A DNA stretch of 54,618 nucleotides, counting the filler, from Catajapyx aquilonaris (lineage: Eukaryota), in the NCBI GenBank assembly GCA_000934665.2. It is 3 parts of 3 records of this genome, joined end to end, with 100 filler letters (N's around TTAATTAATTAA, not from the genome) between each part and the next. Parts side by side here need not be neighbours in the genome. Positions count along the whole stretch, not along the records: positions 18,241 to 36,374 come from KZ539587.1; positions 36,475 to 54,618 come from JYFJ02006762.1; 1 more part is not named here. The stretch is one strand, 5' to 3'. A model generated the notes under the pieces. That model ran no database searches and was not told the DNA's origin. It saw only the letters and a list, made by a program, of their open reading frames with translations. Shown here one piece after another: positions 23,201 to 36,760 of the stretch. Each line of letters opens with the position of its first letter. The stretch's first letter is position 1. The position numbers and the translations under genes are program-made.

Positions 23201-26200
23201 CGGCGTGCGATTCGACTTCGGCCGCGGAAAAGCGAATGGCTTCCATACATCGTAACTGTCAAATTATCTGTCAGGAACTCACATATTGTGCTTCATTATG
23301 GGTTGAATCTGGGTAATTCCAGGCAACCTCTCGCCAATCCCTCGCATATTCCCAATTCAGGGAGCATTGTGCCGGCAGGGTTGAAAACCGTCTGAAATAT
23401 TCATGCTCAGCTGTAGTGTAGAGGGCGGGCTTTCTAAATATAAAGTGAAGCATTGTGAAAAATTTACTGGGGGTTTCGCTTCCCGATACTCAATGTGGGA
23501 AGTGAGCAGATTTATGATGTCAATAAGGAATGACATGAGAGTAATCCAGACCCGGGATTTTTGCTCTCTACACTGCAGTTCAAGTTGATTTAATGATATT
23601 GGAATACTATACACTGGGCATACTCCAATAAGGTGTACCTGTACTGTACGTTGTGCTCTTACATGTTGCATTGAATCGAGAGTCTCTTCGAATGGGGGAT
23701 TTGTATTGTTGGCAGTAGGTAATGGGTGAGAGGAAAAGCCGGTGAGGTTAAGGCTCATCAGTATTGTAATTTTTACCGACTGTTTTAATTGGCCAATTCA
23801 GAAAGCCTCGGATTGCACAGGCCTACGTTAATATGCACGACTAATTGCTACGTATGCGTAACGACCGCCCTTGTGGTCATTACAGGTTATATGATAGCGA
23901 TGTGGAAACGTGCGGTGAAAATCTAGGGCGAAATAAATCAGAGTGACACTCTGTTCAAGTTTGAAGAGAAGCACAATATGGATGTGACTATCATCACACT
24001 CCCCTTTAAAATTGGACAGAATTATCTTGACAATTATAATTCTCAACTTTTCAACGCGGTCTTCTATTCTACTATTATCACGTAATATGCCTTAGAGGAA
24101 GGCTATTATAAGGACATGTTTTTTTCTGCAGGATATCTCCCATTGGATATACGGTATTTATGCAGGTTGTGTTTTGCCTTAATTTATACATGATAATTAA
24201 ATAGAGGTATTTATGAAGTATGCATTAGTCACTGTTTATGGTTGTATGTTGGATCAGGAGCCACAGAGGTCTACTACTTGTATTTTTAAAATGCTTGACA
24301 AATTGGGATGCCCTATAGTATACAAGTACGTATACTGTAGTTACAAATCTTGAGTTGACGCGTGAAATCTTAGGTTTACACAAAACAACAAAACATACAT
24401 TGTCCTGTATAGCAGTATACAGAGAAACTAAATGCACAAAAGTATGATGCAATAAGATACCGGTGATAAATCATGAAACTGATTTTTTTAAACTTCCTGG
24501 ACATCATCCTGATTGATGGCTTGGCCCAAATGCCATTTCCAAACGTATGAATTTTTCAAATTGTTCAATCGGATCTCCTAAGGCTAATTACAACCTTAAT
24601 TAATCGGATGCAGTTATATGAAGGTTGTAATGACGAACGTCAAACCATAGAGCAAAGTTATCGAAGAGTGCTTGATCTCTGAAAAAAAAAATCCCAAACG
24701 TCAATCATAAAGCTGGAGCTCCACGCGGTTGAACTCCAAACCTAATTAAACTTCCGTAATCCCAAATGACATAGCATTTTTCTCCCCTGCCTCAATATGC
24801 TCTCCTCTGATTTGATTACGTCACCTCTTTTCTAGCCATTATCAAAAAAGGCTCTTATCTATTGGCGATCATTATTTTCGTCATCATATTAATCAATCGT
24901 GTCTGGCACAAACATCTGAATCAAGTGTTTGTTGGAAATTGGACGTGCCTCAATGTTCAAAATCAGATTTCCATATAAGTTCTCTACTTTCACAATTGTC
25001 AAGCTTAATAACCACACTTTATGAGACTCAAGGTAGGTTCTCATGTTCAAGAGAACTGGTAGCTGTGAGCAGATTTCTGGGCTGTGCTAAATACTATCTC
25101 ATCCCTTACCTCCTGATGCATATGTACAGTACAGTACTAGACACCTCACAATAGCTGAAAATATTGCTTTAAAGTATTCTTAAAAGAGCTGGGACGTGAG
25201 AATTGAGTTTTGTGTAACTAGAATTTGCTCACAACTACCAGTTCTCCCGCGTTTGCCAGCACACCTTTACCTTCATAAAAGTTACGCATAAAAAGTTTTG
25301 ACACAGCAAAATGTGTAATTTTTTCCCGAAACCGACACGGTAAAATGTGTCACCGCAAATACGACTCGAACTACTGTACTGTACTGTGAGCTGAATGATA
25401 TTCTGAAAACCGCAAATATGTGCCCTATGACATATAGTGTATACACTATACAGTATGTGACGTCCTTCCATCCTTCCTAAAGTGTGTGAACTGTGAAGCG
25501 CTTTGGCGTGTCTTTCCACAAAACAGGATTGGGATGTGCAGTGCGTCATGTCACAAGCTCACATTTCAGTATGATTAGGCACAATAAAAAGGATTGAAGA
25601 GATTCCCTAGCACGTTATTGTGTGTCATAATTATGACATCTACTGTCGAACCATGTCGAAAGTGTGTCTCCGTTTCGTGTGTAGTATAGTAGTATAGTAT
25701 ATGGCTTACAAGTTAGTATGACATTGTAAGGTATAGTTGGTTCCCAGAATATCCTAGCCAATGGAATAATATTTCAACTGTAATTATTACTACGTCAATA
25801 ACCGTTAAAGTATTTTAGCCCGCCCAGTGCTTTTACGTGGCCAGTGCTTGTACTCGTAATTAATGCTGAGTAGCGTAAAATTAATAAAAACTAATAACAT
25901 GATTTGCATGCTATATACAGATTTGATTTCATTGCGGATTAATTTGTCTCAATATGCCCAAATATCTAAAGACTAATCGCAAATATCTCATTCATGATAC
26001 AGTAACCCGTTTACTTATATCTTACATCATACGGTACATGACAATATTGTATTGTAGGTCCATTTTCTTAACGCCTACATAAACAATGCTTCATGCATGT
26101 CGCTCTCCACTTAATTCCCTTCTCATGAATTCACACATTTTAAGCAATCAGTCACAAAATATTTTCCCATCTGAAAAGTTGACCGCACCAGCTCGACTAC

Positions 26201-27672
26201 TTTCCAGCATGTGTTCAAGTTCAACCACACTACAAAAAACAGTCCTCATGCCCACAGCCACCTAGAAACTACCTCTATCCGAGAACCACATCTGGTTGGG
26301 CTCAGTCCCCAAAATGTTTCTCTTAATAATTATTTGCATCTACATTTGCGCCGGCAATAAATACCGCGAACTGTGCACGCAATTAGGGGCAGGCAAAAAG
26401 CTTCCCCGGAGTTTTATCCACCTTTTTTAGGGAAGGGAAAAGGACGCCCCCTCCGGTACCGAAACAGAACTACGGATACCGGAGGCCAAAGCAAAAGCCC
26501 CTCAGGAGTATAGAACCCCCCCCCCNNNAAAAAAAAAAAAATCCCTGGGAACTAGATTGGGAAACTCAAACTAGTGCTGGTGCTACTTTTCTGGGATGGA
26601 AGTGATGCTGGGGTAAAGGGGATAGGTAAGGGAGTAAAGGTCTTTTTTTTGTACAAAAATGTGGTGGGATTCAAAGGGCAACAGCTAGATTGGGCGAGGT
26701 TGTCATGGCAACCGCTTCTGCACTTTGCAGGGTGCTTCTCGATCATTGGCGCTTTTATCATTTTTATTTATGCTATGTTGGTCGAGTCCGCAGAGTTGTG
26801 GCTTCGTAAGTAACTCGAAAGTCGTGGTTTATTAACGCGTCGTTTGGTCCGTGCCGCGCAAAACTTTCTTCGTTAGTTACACTTTTTTGGCATGTGATTT
26901 TACCGCCGAGTTTGCTTATCCCAGCCGCAATATGGTCTTGGCAGGGATTCCATGAATCAGCTAAACTATGGCCAGAATAATTACTCCCGAGTAATAACAA
27001 TCCGTCAGGCTATAAAATATTTTGCTGGCTACTTACTGCATGACTTAAACACTTTTCAGTGCGTCCTACCGTATATTATTTTGCAACTATACTGTAGAGA
27101 TTATCCTCGGTTGTTAATCTGAATCTTTTTCGTATAGAAATCAAATTCCCTAGTCACAACAGATCAATGTACAAATCGACCAATATGAACACACATGTAA
27201 ACAATTCCACACCATGAGCTTCCACCGCTCTGAATCAATAATGACACGTGTTTTCATATCAAATTGCATAGCGAGTTTCATGATTTGCACTACTCAGTCA
27301 GGTAATAAACAAAATAATACGTACTGCATAATGAAGTTAAACTGCACATTGGCACATAGCAGCGGATCAAAAAACAAATACCCTGGGGTTGTTGCTTCAA
27401 TTTGCCCAGAGCTGCAGTTTTTGAAAAAGTAACCTGATTCCCATGAGGGATATATGAGTGGAAACTGAATTTTAAAGGAAGCAGTATCATCATGATTTAT
27501 GTCATTCGCAATATACGAGTAAATGTGAAAATATATGCAGGCATTATAAGCACGATTTAAATCACTCTCTCCAAAATTCAATTCCATTAAAATTGATACA
27601 CTTAACATCCTTGCTAGCAATAACTTCTTTGAGTGCTATGTCATGGTATTAAACGTAATCATAGTAAACTTA

Positions 27673-28011
27673 GGGGAGGTGTGGTGGCCGTGATGGTAAC
27701 GTCACGGCTTGCTGAGTGAAAGGCCCCAGGTTCGATCCCCGCCTGGGGAACTTTCCTTTCACCTGCGTCAGGAGGTGACCTGCACCAAGGAGGTGTCTGG
27801 CAACCTAACCTCCTGGGGAACAGAACATGGCCCCTTTACAGATCTTGCACTTGCACCTATGTTCCCTCCCCAAAAATCCCTATCCCTACCCTACATCCTT
27901 GACTCCTTGCACCGGTGAATGAAGTTAAAGGAAAAATTGGAGAGTAATGGTGGTATTCCACCCTCCTAAAAAGGCTAAGCCTTATCACGGGGTAACGTAA
28001 AATATAAAAAA
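27673..28011 (+). mobile_element. tRNA-derived SINE, second copy of the same family
   Basis: A box TGGCCGTGATGG and B box GGTTCGATCCC; the first 160 bp or so are nearly identical to the 20264 copy. A-rich tail and a 12-bp TSD ATAGTAAACTTA (27661-27672, 28012-28023). Confidence 0.9.
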
Positions 28012-29962
28012 ATAGTAAACTTAATATCAATGAGGGAAGATCAGTTCAGTCTTATCCTCCACATAAGCCAAATTGAAGTCACAATATTTTTAAATACTTT
28101 TATAGCTTAAACATGGGTCCCATGGGTCACTCTTGCAAACACCTTGCACAGTGTAGGTGCAGTAAGTGTGGGTAAAACACTCGTAATGGCCATTTAATTT
28201 TTATACCAATACTTGCGTGGAGCACTCAAACCCATAGTGACGGAAAAAAAACTTGAGGTCATTGACGATGCAATATTAAAGCAGAAGGAATGTTGCCTTT
28301 CGAAATAATAAAGTATTACGACACTCTATGCATGGCGTTGAAGAGGAAGTATCTTTGGCATAACAACGCTGCTGGAGAAAGAAAGAAGTACAGAGGCACG
28401 TTACAAATAATACAAAATGACGCCACAGAAGTTTTACAGAAAACCAATATCTCATTTTAATCTATTGTAGAACGCAATCAAAGATTCACATTGTAAATTT
28501 AATAACGGCGGATTTTTCTGGCAGACTAATTGCGGAAGTCTCGAAATAAACCAATATTTCATTTTAATTTAAAAAGAAGTCAGTTTCACTTAGGAAACCT
28601 ATAATACTACAGTAATAACCTTTGTCGTGTATGCGATTATTATTATTATTCAAATTGCAACTGTAGAGTATATCAAACATTATATTTTTCTTATCTTCTC
28701 AGTCACTCAAAAACACAACTATAAACGCGCTCATGAAAATGACATATAGTCATATTTCGTTGTAAACAGAAAATGCTATACAAATTGCCACTGCGAAAAT
28801 TCTCCTATTTTTCCACAAGACGAAAAGTATTGCCGCGTAGAAGGACAAGAAAAAGGAAGAGGGTAAGAGCCATTTGTCAACTTTCAGAGCTGATCCTCCC
28901 ACATTACCCACCACCTTACCCACGAAACGTTTTGCGGGTTGCCCCCAATTCCTCGTCTCCGACACGGGCCCGAAAACTTTCAATCACTCCAAAACCGCTC
29001 CTCAACAACCCCTTCAATTTCCAACGGCAGCACCCTCCACCCCCTACCCTCGTTCCGTTTTTTAACCTCCTCTGTGAGTGACGAGCTTGTTAGCAGCTGT
29101 CACATGTAAAGGAATGATGGGCCCGACGAACATTGTTCTTTTTGCGAAGAGCCAAAACGTCCTGGAGCTCTCTCTACCTTGCCAAATTGCGTTCTACATT
29201 GAGTAGATAGCAAAATACGTCACTCTTGCTGCCAACGAACGTAATGTTAGCCAAGACGCGGATGGATGTTTTCGGACGTTGGATTACAAAAGGAGTTGAA
29301 ATTTGAGAATTGTTCCTATAGCCTTACTTTATTAGGCTCGTCTTTGGTGAAACATCAGTCAAAGTGAGTGTGACAGTGTTATAAAATGTTCCATTTAACC
29401 TACAAAATTCTGGTGCTAATCCTGGTACAGTACAATGAGCAATTTTGAGTGGACCCGAACAGTGTGGATTTATACACGACAGGAAATATGACAGTGAGTG
29501 GCTATAGTAATGTCATTATTAGCGTTTTAATTGCAGGTTATAGAACCAATAAGGGTTAAACTTCTAAACCGATGCCCGAAGAAGGCAAAAAACACAAAAT
29601 ACTCTGAACACTTTTTGTAACATAAAAACAAAACAAAAAAAATCTGACGGCTAACCCCTGCAGGGCCTTATTCGAGCAAGGCTAGCACTAGCCACTGACA
29701 GGTCAGTCCACCCGGCGGCCAAAGAGGTGGGTCCAACAACAACCCCTCGAGTTTAAATCGGTTTTTTGGACACAATTCACAGGCCAGTCCATATCCGGCA
29801 TCCATAAAGCCGAAGGACTGCAATAATAGTATTCAGCTCTAGAAATCCAGGAGGCATAAGACCATGATTGTTTCCCGTCCGTTTGTATGATTGTGTTGAA
29901 TCTAATGATGATCACGCATATTGTTTTAATGTGCAGTACTTTTCTGTAGGATATCGATAAAT

Positions 29963-30216
29963 CAGTGGCGTATGCAGGGGAATGTTTGAAATAGCATTAT
30001 AAATTACTAATTCATGGTTTTTTTTTGAAAAAGTTCTACCAATTTCATCAAATACACACCCATTCAAATCTCCACATTCTCCTAAGCTCGTGTGACCTTG
30101 AACCCCCTCCAAAAAAAGTCCCCATGCAGCTGGCTTGCTCCCCGCCCTTTACGTCTTGTTTACCTAATGCTCATGAAATGGGCCCCCCTCCGGAAATTTT
30201 TCTGCCTACGCGCCTG
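29963..30216. mobile_element. hAT- or P-type MITE
   Basis: Imperfect TIRs CAGTGGCGTATGCAG / CTGCCTACGCGCCTG, flanked by the GATAAAT direct repeat (29956-29962, 30217-30223). Confidence 0.6.
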
Positions 30217-30218
30217 GA

Positions 30219-30315
30219 TAAATTACTGTAAATTACTGTAATAAATTACTGTAATACTGTAAATTACTGTAATGAATTACTGTAATACTGTAAATTACTG
30301 TAAAATTACTGTAAA
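30219..30315. repeat. AAATTACTGT-type minisatellite
   Basis: About ten imperfect (AAT)TACTGTA units. Confidence 0.85.
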
Positions 30316-32124
30316 CATTTTAAGTTCCAAAAGCATGCTCAAAGTGCTCCTTCATCAGGGAATGGATATGTTTTTTTACGCATTGTTAAGGGCGATATCG
30401 AAATGTGGGATACATGTGAATAAATTGATTTCATGGCTAAAGCCAATAAGCAACCATAATAGGTTTTATATGAGATTTTTGAGGAACACGATCAAAAGGA
30501 TGCTTTCTGTCTGTTACTTATCCGGGGATGGATGCCAAAGCTTTGAAAGCGCTTAGCGGTAATACCGAACTTTACATGATGACAGGCGTCACAATCAGGA
30601 AACTATCTGAAAGTGATTAGACAAGAATCGGCCAATGCAAGTCCTTTTGTACATCTACGTTTTGCATCACATTGATAATGTAAATTCTTTGTAAATATAA
30701 CATTGCTGGAATATGTTTTTCTGCTCTATATTAATACCTTCCGTCTACACTCTACAGTGCTGCATTATTTCGTTGAAGTCCTTACTCCTGTAAGGGGTAC
30801 GGCACTAAGATAGTTTAGTGTACCTCATGTTTTTGAAGCCGACTACTACGTACGTCTACGTTTACGCCAAAATCTTTGTACTATGTCCTTCTTTGTACAA
30901 TATTCATACTAATAATTTTTCGCTCGTGTTTATCTCTATAACCCCTTATGTCAATAATCCAATATTTACTTGAAAACCAACCGTTTCATTATCTACGCAC
31001 ACAGCACGCATCATGTGGTATTTAGTGGCATTACGTGGTATTATGAATAAATTATTACATCCATCGAGTAAAAGCCAAAATAGTGGCAGTATTCATTTCG
31101 ATACGTCACTAAAGAAACACAGTCATAAAAGCGGTTTGCATTAACAATTACGTGTTCTAGAAGTATCCTTATCAATATTGTACAAATAATATTACAAGTG
31201 GGTATATAGGAAGCATCGATATGCCAATTGTTATACAACCTGTCAGTGCACGGTATAGTTTTCCAATATATTATTGTATAAACATGAATAAGTTACTCAA
31301 AGGCTGCATGAAGTGTAACTTAATGATAGTGGTAATAATACACAGAACAACGTGACGCTTCGTTGTGGCCAGCATGACTAATGTACCCCATAAACCTATT
31401 TCATAAGCAGGTCTTTAATCACCAAACTCGACAGCATTCAGCTTTTTTGTTTTTCAGCAGCCTGCCAAATGACCAAATATCTGCGGCACAAAATTAATCG
31501 GCGCTTTAAAAAAAAACATCCTCTTACAAGGGCACCCGCTTCGTCAACTGAAGCGAGGCAACAAAGAAAATCAATCACTTTGACTGTACTTGCCGAGGTT
31601 TGTTGAACTGTCAATGTGGACCAGAGGAATAGATCCCTGTGGACCTTGCAGCCTTCCCCGCCTCTCCTTTTATCCACCCGTAACTAGACCCCCTCCCCCT
31701 ACCATCTCCCCCTCTCAAACTTTCATTTGACACTTTTAATGACTCCGACACTCATTAAGGCTTTAATTTCTGTCTAGGACAAGCAACGTATCCCTTCCGA
31801 CTCATAAAGGGAGCGCCATCATTACCAGCCAGGAAAAAAACGATCGCTTTTTTTCTGTCTAGCCTGACACTAGAGAAGAATTAGAGGTTAGAAAAATGCA
31901 CGGGGGGTGTTTGTAGAGAGCAAAAAAAATTGGCAGGAGATAATTTAAAAGGATGCAGTGGCATAAGAACCCGGAAATTACTTCATATACTTGATTATGC
32001 CAAGGTTTTGGCAACTCATTATTACGGTCTACTTTGTAAATATGGCTATCAGCAGTGATGAGGCTTATCCATCTGGAATACATTGCACGTGGTGTAGAGT
32101 CACCGATATGGATAATGAATTTGG

Positions 32125-32216
32125 AAATAATTGAATCGGTCATTTTGAAAAGGGGTCATATCCTCTGGAGATGCGCTGGAGATGACCCCTTTTCCAAATG
32201 ACCGATTCAATTATTT
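32125..32216. repeat. 35-bp inverted repeat (hairpin)
   Basis: AAATAATTGAATCGGTCATTTTGAAAAGGGGTCAT / ATGACCCCTTTTCCAAATGACCGATTCAATTATTT, one mismatch, 22-bp loop. Confidence 0.85.
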
Positions 32217-32985
32217 TTGATACTAGTACTGCACGAGACAAAAAATTACACAAAATGTACATGATTTATTCTGGGATCTTCATTAGTATCAGCAGTGGAA
32301 CATGTGGGCTCTGGTGCTTTATTGAAACCCAGAAAGTAACTTTTCTTTCTTTATTTGCATTTCAGAGTGATTATTTTCCACTCTAAGAGACACTTCTAAC
32401 TGGGAGAGTAATAATGTAATAATTTAGACTCTTCAGGTACAGAAGCCTATTGTGATTTTTCATAAAATCAGGTCACATACTTCGTAATTATGTGCGATAT
32501 GTATGTGGGTCAATAATTGATAAGTGAACAATATATTCGAGGATGGTACCGTAACATACTTCTGGAAAGTGAAAATTGTTATATTTCAACCATAATTTAT
32601 TGCCTGCATTATGTGACTGTACTTTTTTCCAGTGTTATACACTACACAGTATTTTCACACTTCCTCATAATTTTCCAAGAATTTTTTTTACTCATTTTAT
32701 GTGTAAAAATGGCACTACTTCAACGGCATTTAAAGTGGTGCATTTATGCTAAAACATTACTTCACTGACCTTCATTTACAAATGCCATACAAATTAAAAT
32801 CAAGATTATTTCAGTGTCCTGGTGCCTTCTATGGTCATTTGATACTTTTTTTAAAATGCAAATTCGCAATACTTTTTGATCCCAATATCTCAGTTCTGTA
32901 TTCCTCATCTGTAATTTTAGCTTTCACTTTTCTAACGTACAGTGCACTAGCAAGTAGCAACTGTACCAAAAGTCTTAGTGCAGAC

Positions 32986-33283
32986 CAGCCCCTAGACACT
33001 TCTATCCCAGCGCAATAGAAAAGGCTGATCCGTTATTCCTTCCCGCAGCGGCGCTAGTAAAAACAATGGAATCTCGCTGTGCGTGTCGTTCATTCGCCAT
33101 AACAAACTAGCGACCCTGTCGGTACAACTCGTGCTACCAATAGCGTATACCAAGATGGCCGCAATATGGAGATGTTCACGATCCAGTTCACATCATGGCG
33201 ACCTCCAGTCAGCGCCACGGCGGGATTGAGTAACGGATCGCAAGATGGCGGGGAGTTTCCCGACCTATCCTTCTAAGACTGTG
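32986..33283. mobile_element. MITE with 8-10 bp TSD, possibly P-element family
   Basis: Flanking direct repeat GTGCAGAC(CA) at 32978 and 33284, CA...TG ends, subterminal inverted repeat GATCCGTTATTCCTTCCCGCAGCGGCGCT / AGCGCCACGGCGGGATTGAGTAACGGATC, and two CAAGATGGC motifs. Confidence 0.55.
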
Positions 33284-35373
33284 GTGCAGACCAAGCAAAA
33301 ACAGGTGTCCCACATAATTATCACCCGGTAAATTTTTAATGTCGAAAATAATTTTGAACCTACTTGATGGGACAAGTAACGGTAATGACCTATTAACATA
33401 TATGCATTTAAATACGATGTTTAAAATATGAAATGTTTATGTGCTAATATAATACTGCTATTGCCACATATATGATACACAGAAACATTCTACCACATTC
33501 TGCTACCCGTTCTACTACACGTCTGCACTGGGACTGTATATTGTACTGGACCGTTACCGAATATTGACCAACATGAGATGAGGATATAATGCGAGCATAA
33601 ATTGGGAGCAGAGAGCCAAATAGTGCAGCGAGACCCGTGACAGGTGAACAAATAAAAATGCCTGTGACAGGGGTCTAACACCTCGATAAATTTTTTGCAA
33701 ACGTCTCCACTAACCACATTCACTAAAATGTACGGAACCTAAAGCGACAAATCTGTCACAATAGGTCTGTATGTTGAAAATAACCGCCAGCACTCGTCAC
33801 TATTTTCTTCCACCTGTTACTGTTAATCAATACTGTTGTCGACCATCCATACTGCAAAGGACAGCATATACTCATTGAATAGAGTATGAATACTAACTTA
33901 TTTTATTGCGGATTATGTAATATCAATATTATTATGACTCTTGCAAAACTTCTCCAATTTAAACATCAGTTACCGAGGCTTGTATAGTAGTGAATTAATG
34001 ATATAACTACTAATGTCGAAAATTTGTGTGTATGATAATAATTCAGTCTAAGCTGCAGAATTAGCAAATTGCATCATTATTTTGTAGTGCGTCAAAGTCA
34101 TAGGTTTCGAAGATACGCATCAATCAACGCAATACTATAGGCCTACGTAAAATGCATACCCAGATTTCTCTGGCGTGAGCCCGGTTCAGACAGCTACGGA
34201 CGGACTAAAGTGTCAATAACTCCGCCAATTTTTGGTATCTTGCGGATTTTCAAACAGGTACACCTTTATGTTGCGGTGCATAAAATCATAAAAGTGTTAA
34301 GATCACATTAAAAAATTTCTTTCATGGCTAAAATGTCTGTAAAGTATGACCCCACCCGATGTCAAAAATGTATTTGGTCGTTCATTGCTGCCAAAGGGGG
34401 AAAACTATTCGAAATCTGAAAGAAGGTATACTTCCTAAATTTTACACAGATTTATATAGAGATATTAACTTTTGAATAGATAATGTAGTTTAACTGATGA
34501 TGGCTGTAATATATCCTCCACAAGGGTGAGGCACCGTTTGGGCATGCATATGAATTAGTTCCGTGTCATTCATAGGCTACATTGGAGGACTTTGCTATGA
34601 GCAGCACCGAGAATGGCTTTTCCATAGTCTAAAAATGTAACAGCTGATGTGTGAAGGGCGTAGCGATAGTTTTTGTGTCAGTTTCTTGTTGTTGTTGTTG
34701 CATTACTTTTGATCACCGAGTACCAATTCCGGCCACTATGTAAGCTCTGCTAGCGGGGCGGGAAAGAAGGTAAAACCGGACTCTGGCAACATTGTGTTAA
34801 TCCCTACAACCCTTCTGTCCTCTTATCAAGTGACACCGTCCCCATCCCCTTTCTTGAACGCGCAGATAAGACTTGGCTTATATCTGGATTTGAAGAGTAT
34901 ATGCCTATGTCGCATCTTCTTCCTACATTCATATTAAGGCAACATGATAATAGAGAAAGGAGTCACTAACTTGAATAATATTCCTGATACTAAAATCTCG
35001 TCCCCGCCATTTTATAGGGCTGCATCATGGTCAGGACGCTACTACTTTTAAATAGACTGTTGTGAAAGAGGACATTGGTACAGTACCGTTCATAAAGAAT
35101 GGTACCCCTCTTACGGACAAAATGTTTTTGCTGTTCCCAACCCCTGGGTCGCTTGCATGTTTTAGGGGGCGTGAGGAAGGCTGAGAAAAGGCAATGAAAA
35201 TCAAGAAAAATATAAGAAAAAAACAGGGCAAAGTAAGAAAATTTAAGGGGGGAAATTCATCTCAAATCTATGTAAGCATTGCACCAGGTTGAACATTTTG
35301 GTAATAAAAAATTTCGGGAAAAGTCGAGATGGGGTCATATACCAGAGCCAGAGATCTAAGACGAAATCAGGAT

Positions 35374-35995
35374 GGGGCCATCCATAAATTACGCAACGCT
35401 TTGGGGGGGGGGGGNNNNNNNNNNNNNNNNNNNNNNNNNNNNNGGTCGACGCCAGCGTGACATGCCGTTACAATGGGGAGGGGGAGTCCGGTCGACCGTT
35501 ACGTAATGCCCTAATTTAAATACAATTAATAGGAAAAATTCAATTTCATAACATTTTATAATGACGCCAGTGCCTGGAATAGCCTAATGACGTCATCGAA
35601 GCAGTTACTTTTAAATATTAGAGGTTATCAGAAATATGAGGTAATTATTAATTAAGCAACTCTGTTATTGTAGTGGTCTGGCCTGTAGAAGAATGGTGTG
35701 CTCTAAGCTTGGCTCTAAGCAGGTGTGCTATAGATCTAATAACGATTTATATACGATGACAATTTAATAACCGTAATAATTTATCATAATTCTGAGAATA
35801 AAAGTGAGTTTTTATATTTTACTTCTCTCAATTTGCCCTTTGTAATATTTTTAGCATACAAGAGAGGATAATTATTAAATTTGGTTTAAAGGTGGGAGGG
35901 TGTTAGTCGAAGTGTGTTAAATACATTGTTACATGGGGGTAGGGGGGGGGTCAAAAAAGCCGAAAATCAGCGTTACGTAACTTATGGATGGCCCC
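35374..35995. mobile_element. MITE with GGGGCCATCCATAA TIRs (Harbinger-like)
   Basis: GGGGCCATCCATAAATTACGCAACGCT / AGCGTTACGTAACTTATGGATGGCCCC with internal G-tracts. Right flank is TTA; the left TSD is not conserved. Contains a short N run. Confidence 0.7.
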
Positions 35996-36110
35996 TTAGC
36001 ATCTAATATTTTATACCGAAATTTTTTTGGGTACCAACATAATAGACTAGTACAATTTTGTGAATAATGTCATTATTTCTCTTCCTAGAAGCATTTCGGA
36101 TAACATTTTG

Positions 36111-36374
36111 GAAACATGGCCAATTCTACTAATTCGACCGTGCTGAATCCGAAAATCAATGTTGCCAATCTCTATTTTGACCGGAAGTGCCAAATCTCGT
36201 GCCAAATTAAATATGGCTGCTACATATGTACAATTTTACTTTTTTGGCCAATTTCCGTGCATAACATTGTGGCAACCTGGCCAATTCTACTAATTCGACC
36301 ATGCTGAATCCGAAAATAAATGTTGCCAATCTCTATTTTGACCGGAAGTGCCAAATTAAAGATGGCGGATACAT
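36111..36374 (+). repeat. About 160-bp tandem repeat (1.6 copies before the gap), probably transposon-internal
   Basis: TGGCCAATTCTACTAATTCGACC..TGCTGAATCCGAAAAT..ATGTTGCCAATCTCTATTTTGACCGGAAGTGCCAAAT occurs at about 36117 and 36278. Confidence 0.85.
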
Positions 36375-36474
36375 NNNNNNNNNNNNNNNNNNNNNNNNNN
36401 NNNNNNNNNNNNNNNNNNTTAATTAATTAANNNNNNNNNNNNNNNNNNNNNNNNNNNNNNNNNNNNNNNNNNNN
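36375..36474. other. Assembly gap with TTAATTAATTAA linker
   Basis: Same 100-bp N/linker construct as at 18141. Confidence 0.95.
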
Positions 36475-36489
36475 TATAAAGAAATATAA

Positions 36490-36760
36490 AGAAATATAAA
36501 GAAAAATCAAATTAATAATATCGATAAGAAAGTAGAAATTTATAAGAATTTGAGAATATGAATTTTTATGGAGGTGTTGTTTTTAAATATTAAGGACGTA
36601 CATTTTTCTGCTGATTATAATCATTAAAGAAGTGGACTTTTAACTATTATTTGCGATAATGTGCAATCACTATTAGTCAAAAACAACACCTCTATAAAAT
36701 TCTTTCATTCTTATGAATTTTTACTTTCTTATTGATATTAATTTTATTGCTCTTTATATG
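36490..36760. repeat. Degenerate AT-rich inverted repeat
   Basis: ATAAGAAAGTAGAAATTTATAAGAAT...ATTTTTATGGAGGTGTTGTTTTT pairs with AAAAACAACACCTCTATAAAATT...ATTCTTATGAATTTTTACTTTCTTAT. Confidence 0.65.

Noticed and set aside
27673..27750. Possible tRNA gene (also about 20190-20264)
   Set aside because: No proper acceptor stem or T-run terminator; it continues into a shared body with an A-tail and TSD, so it is a SINE head.
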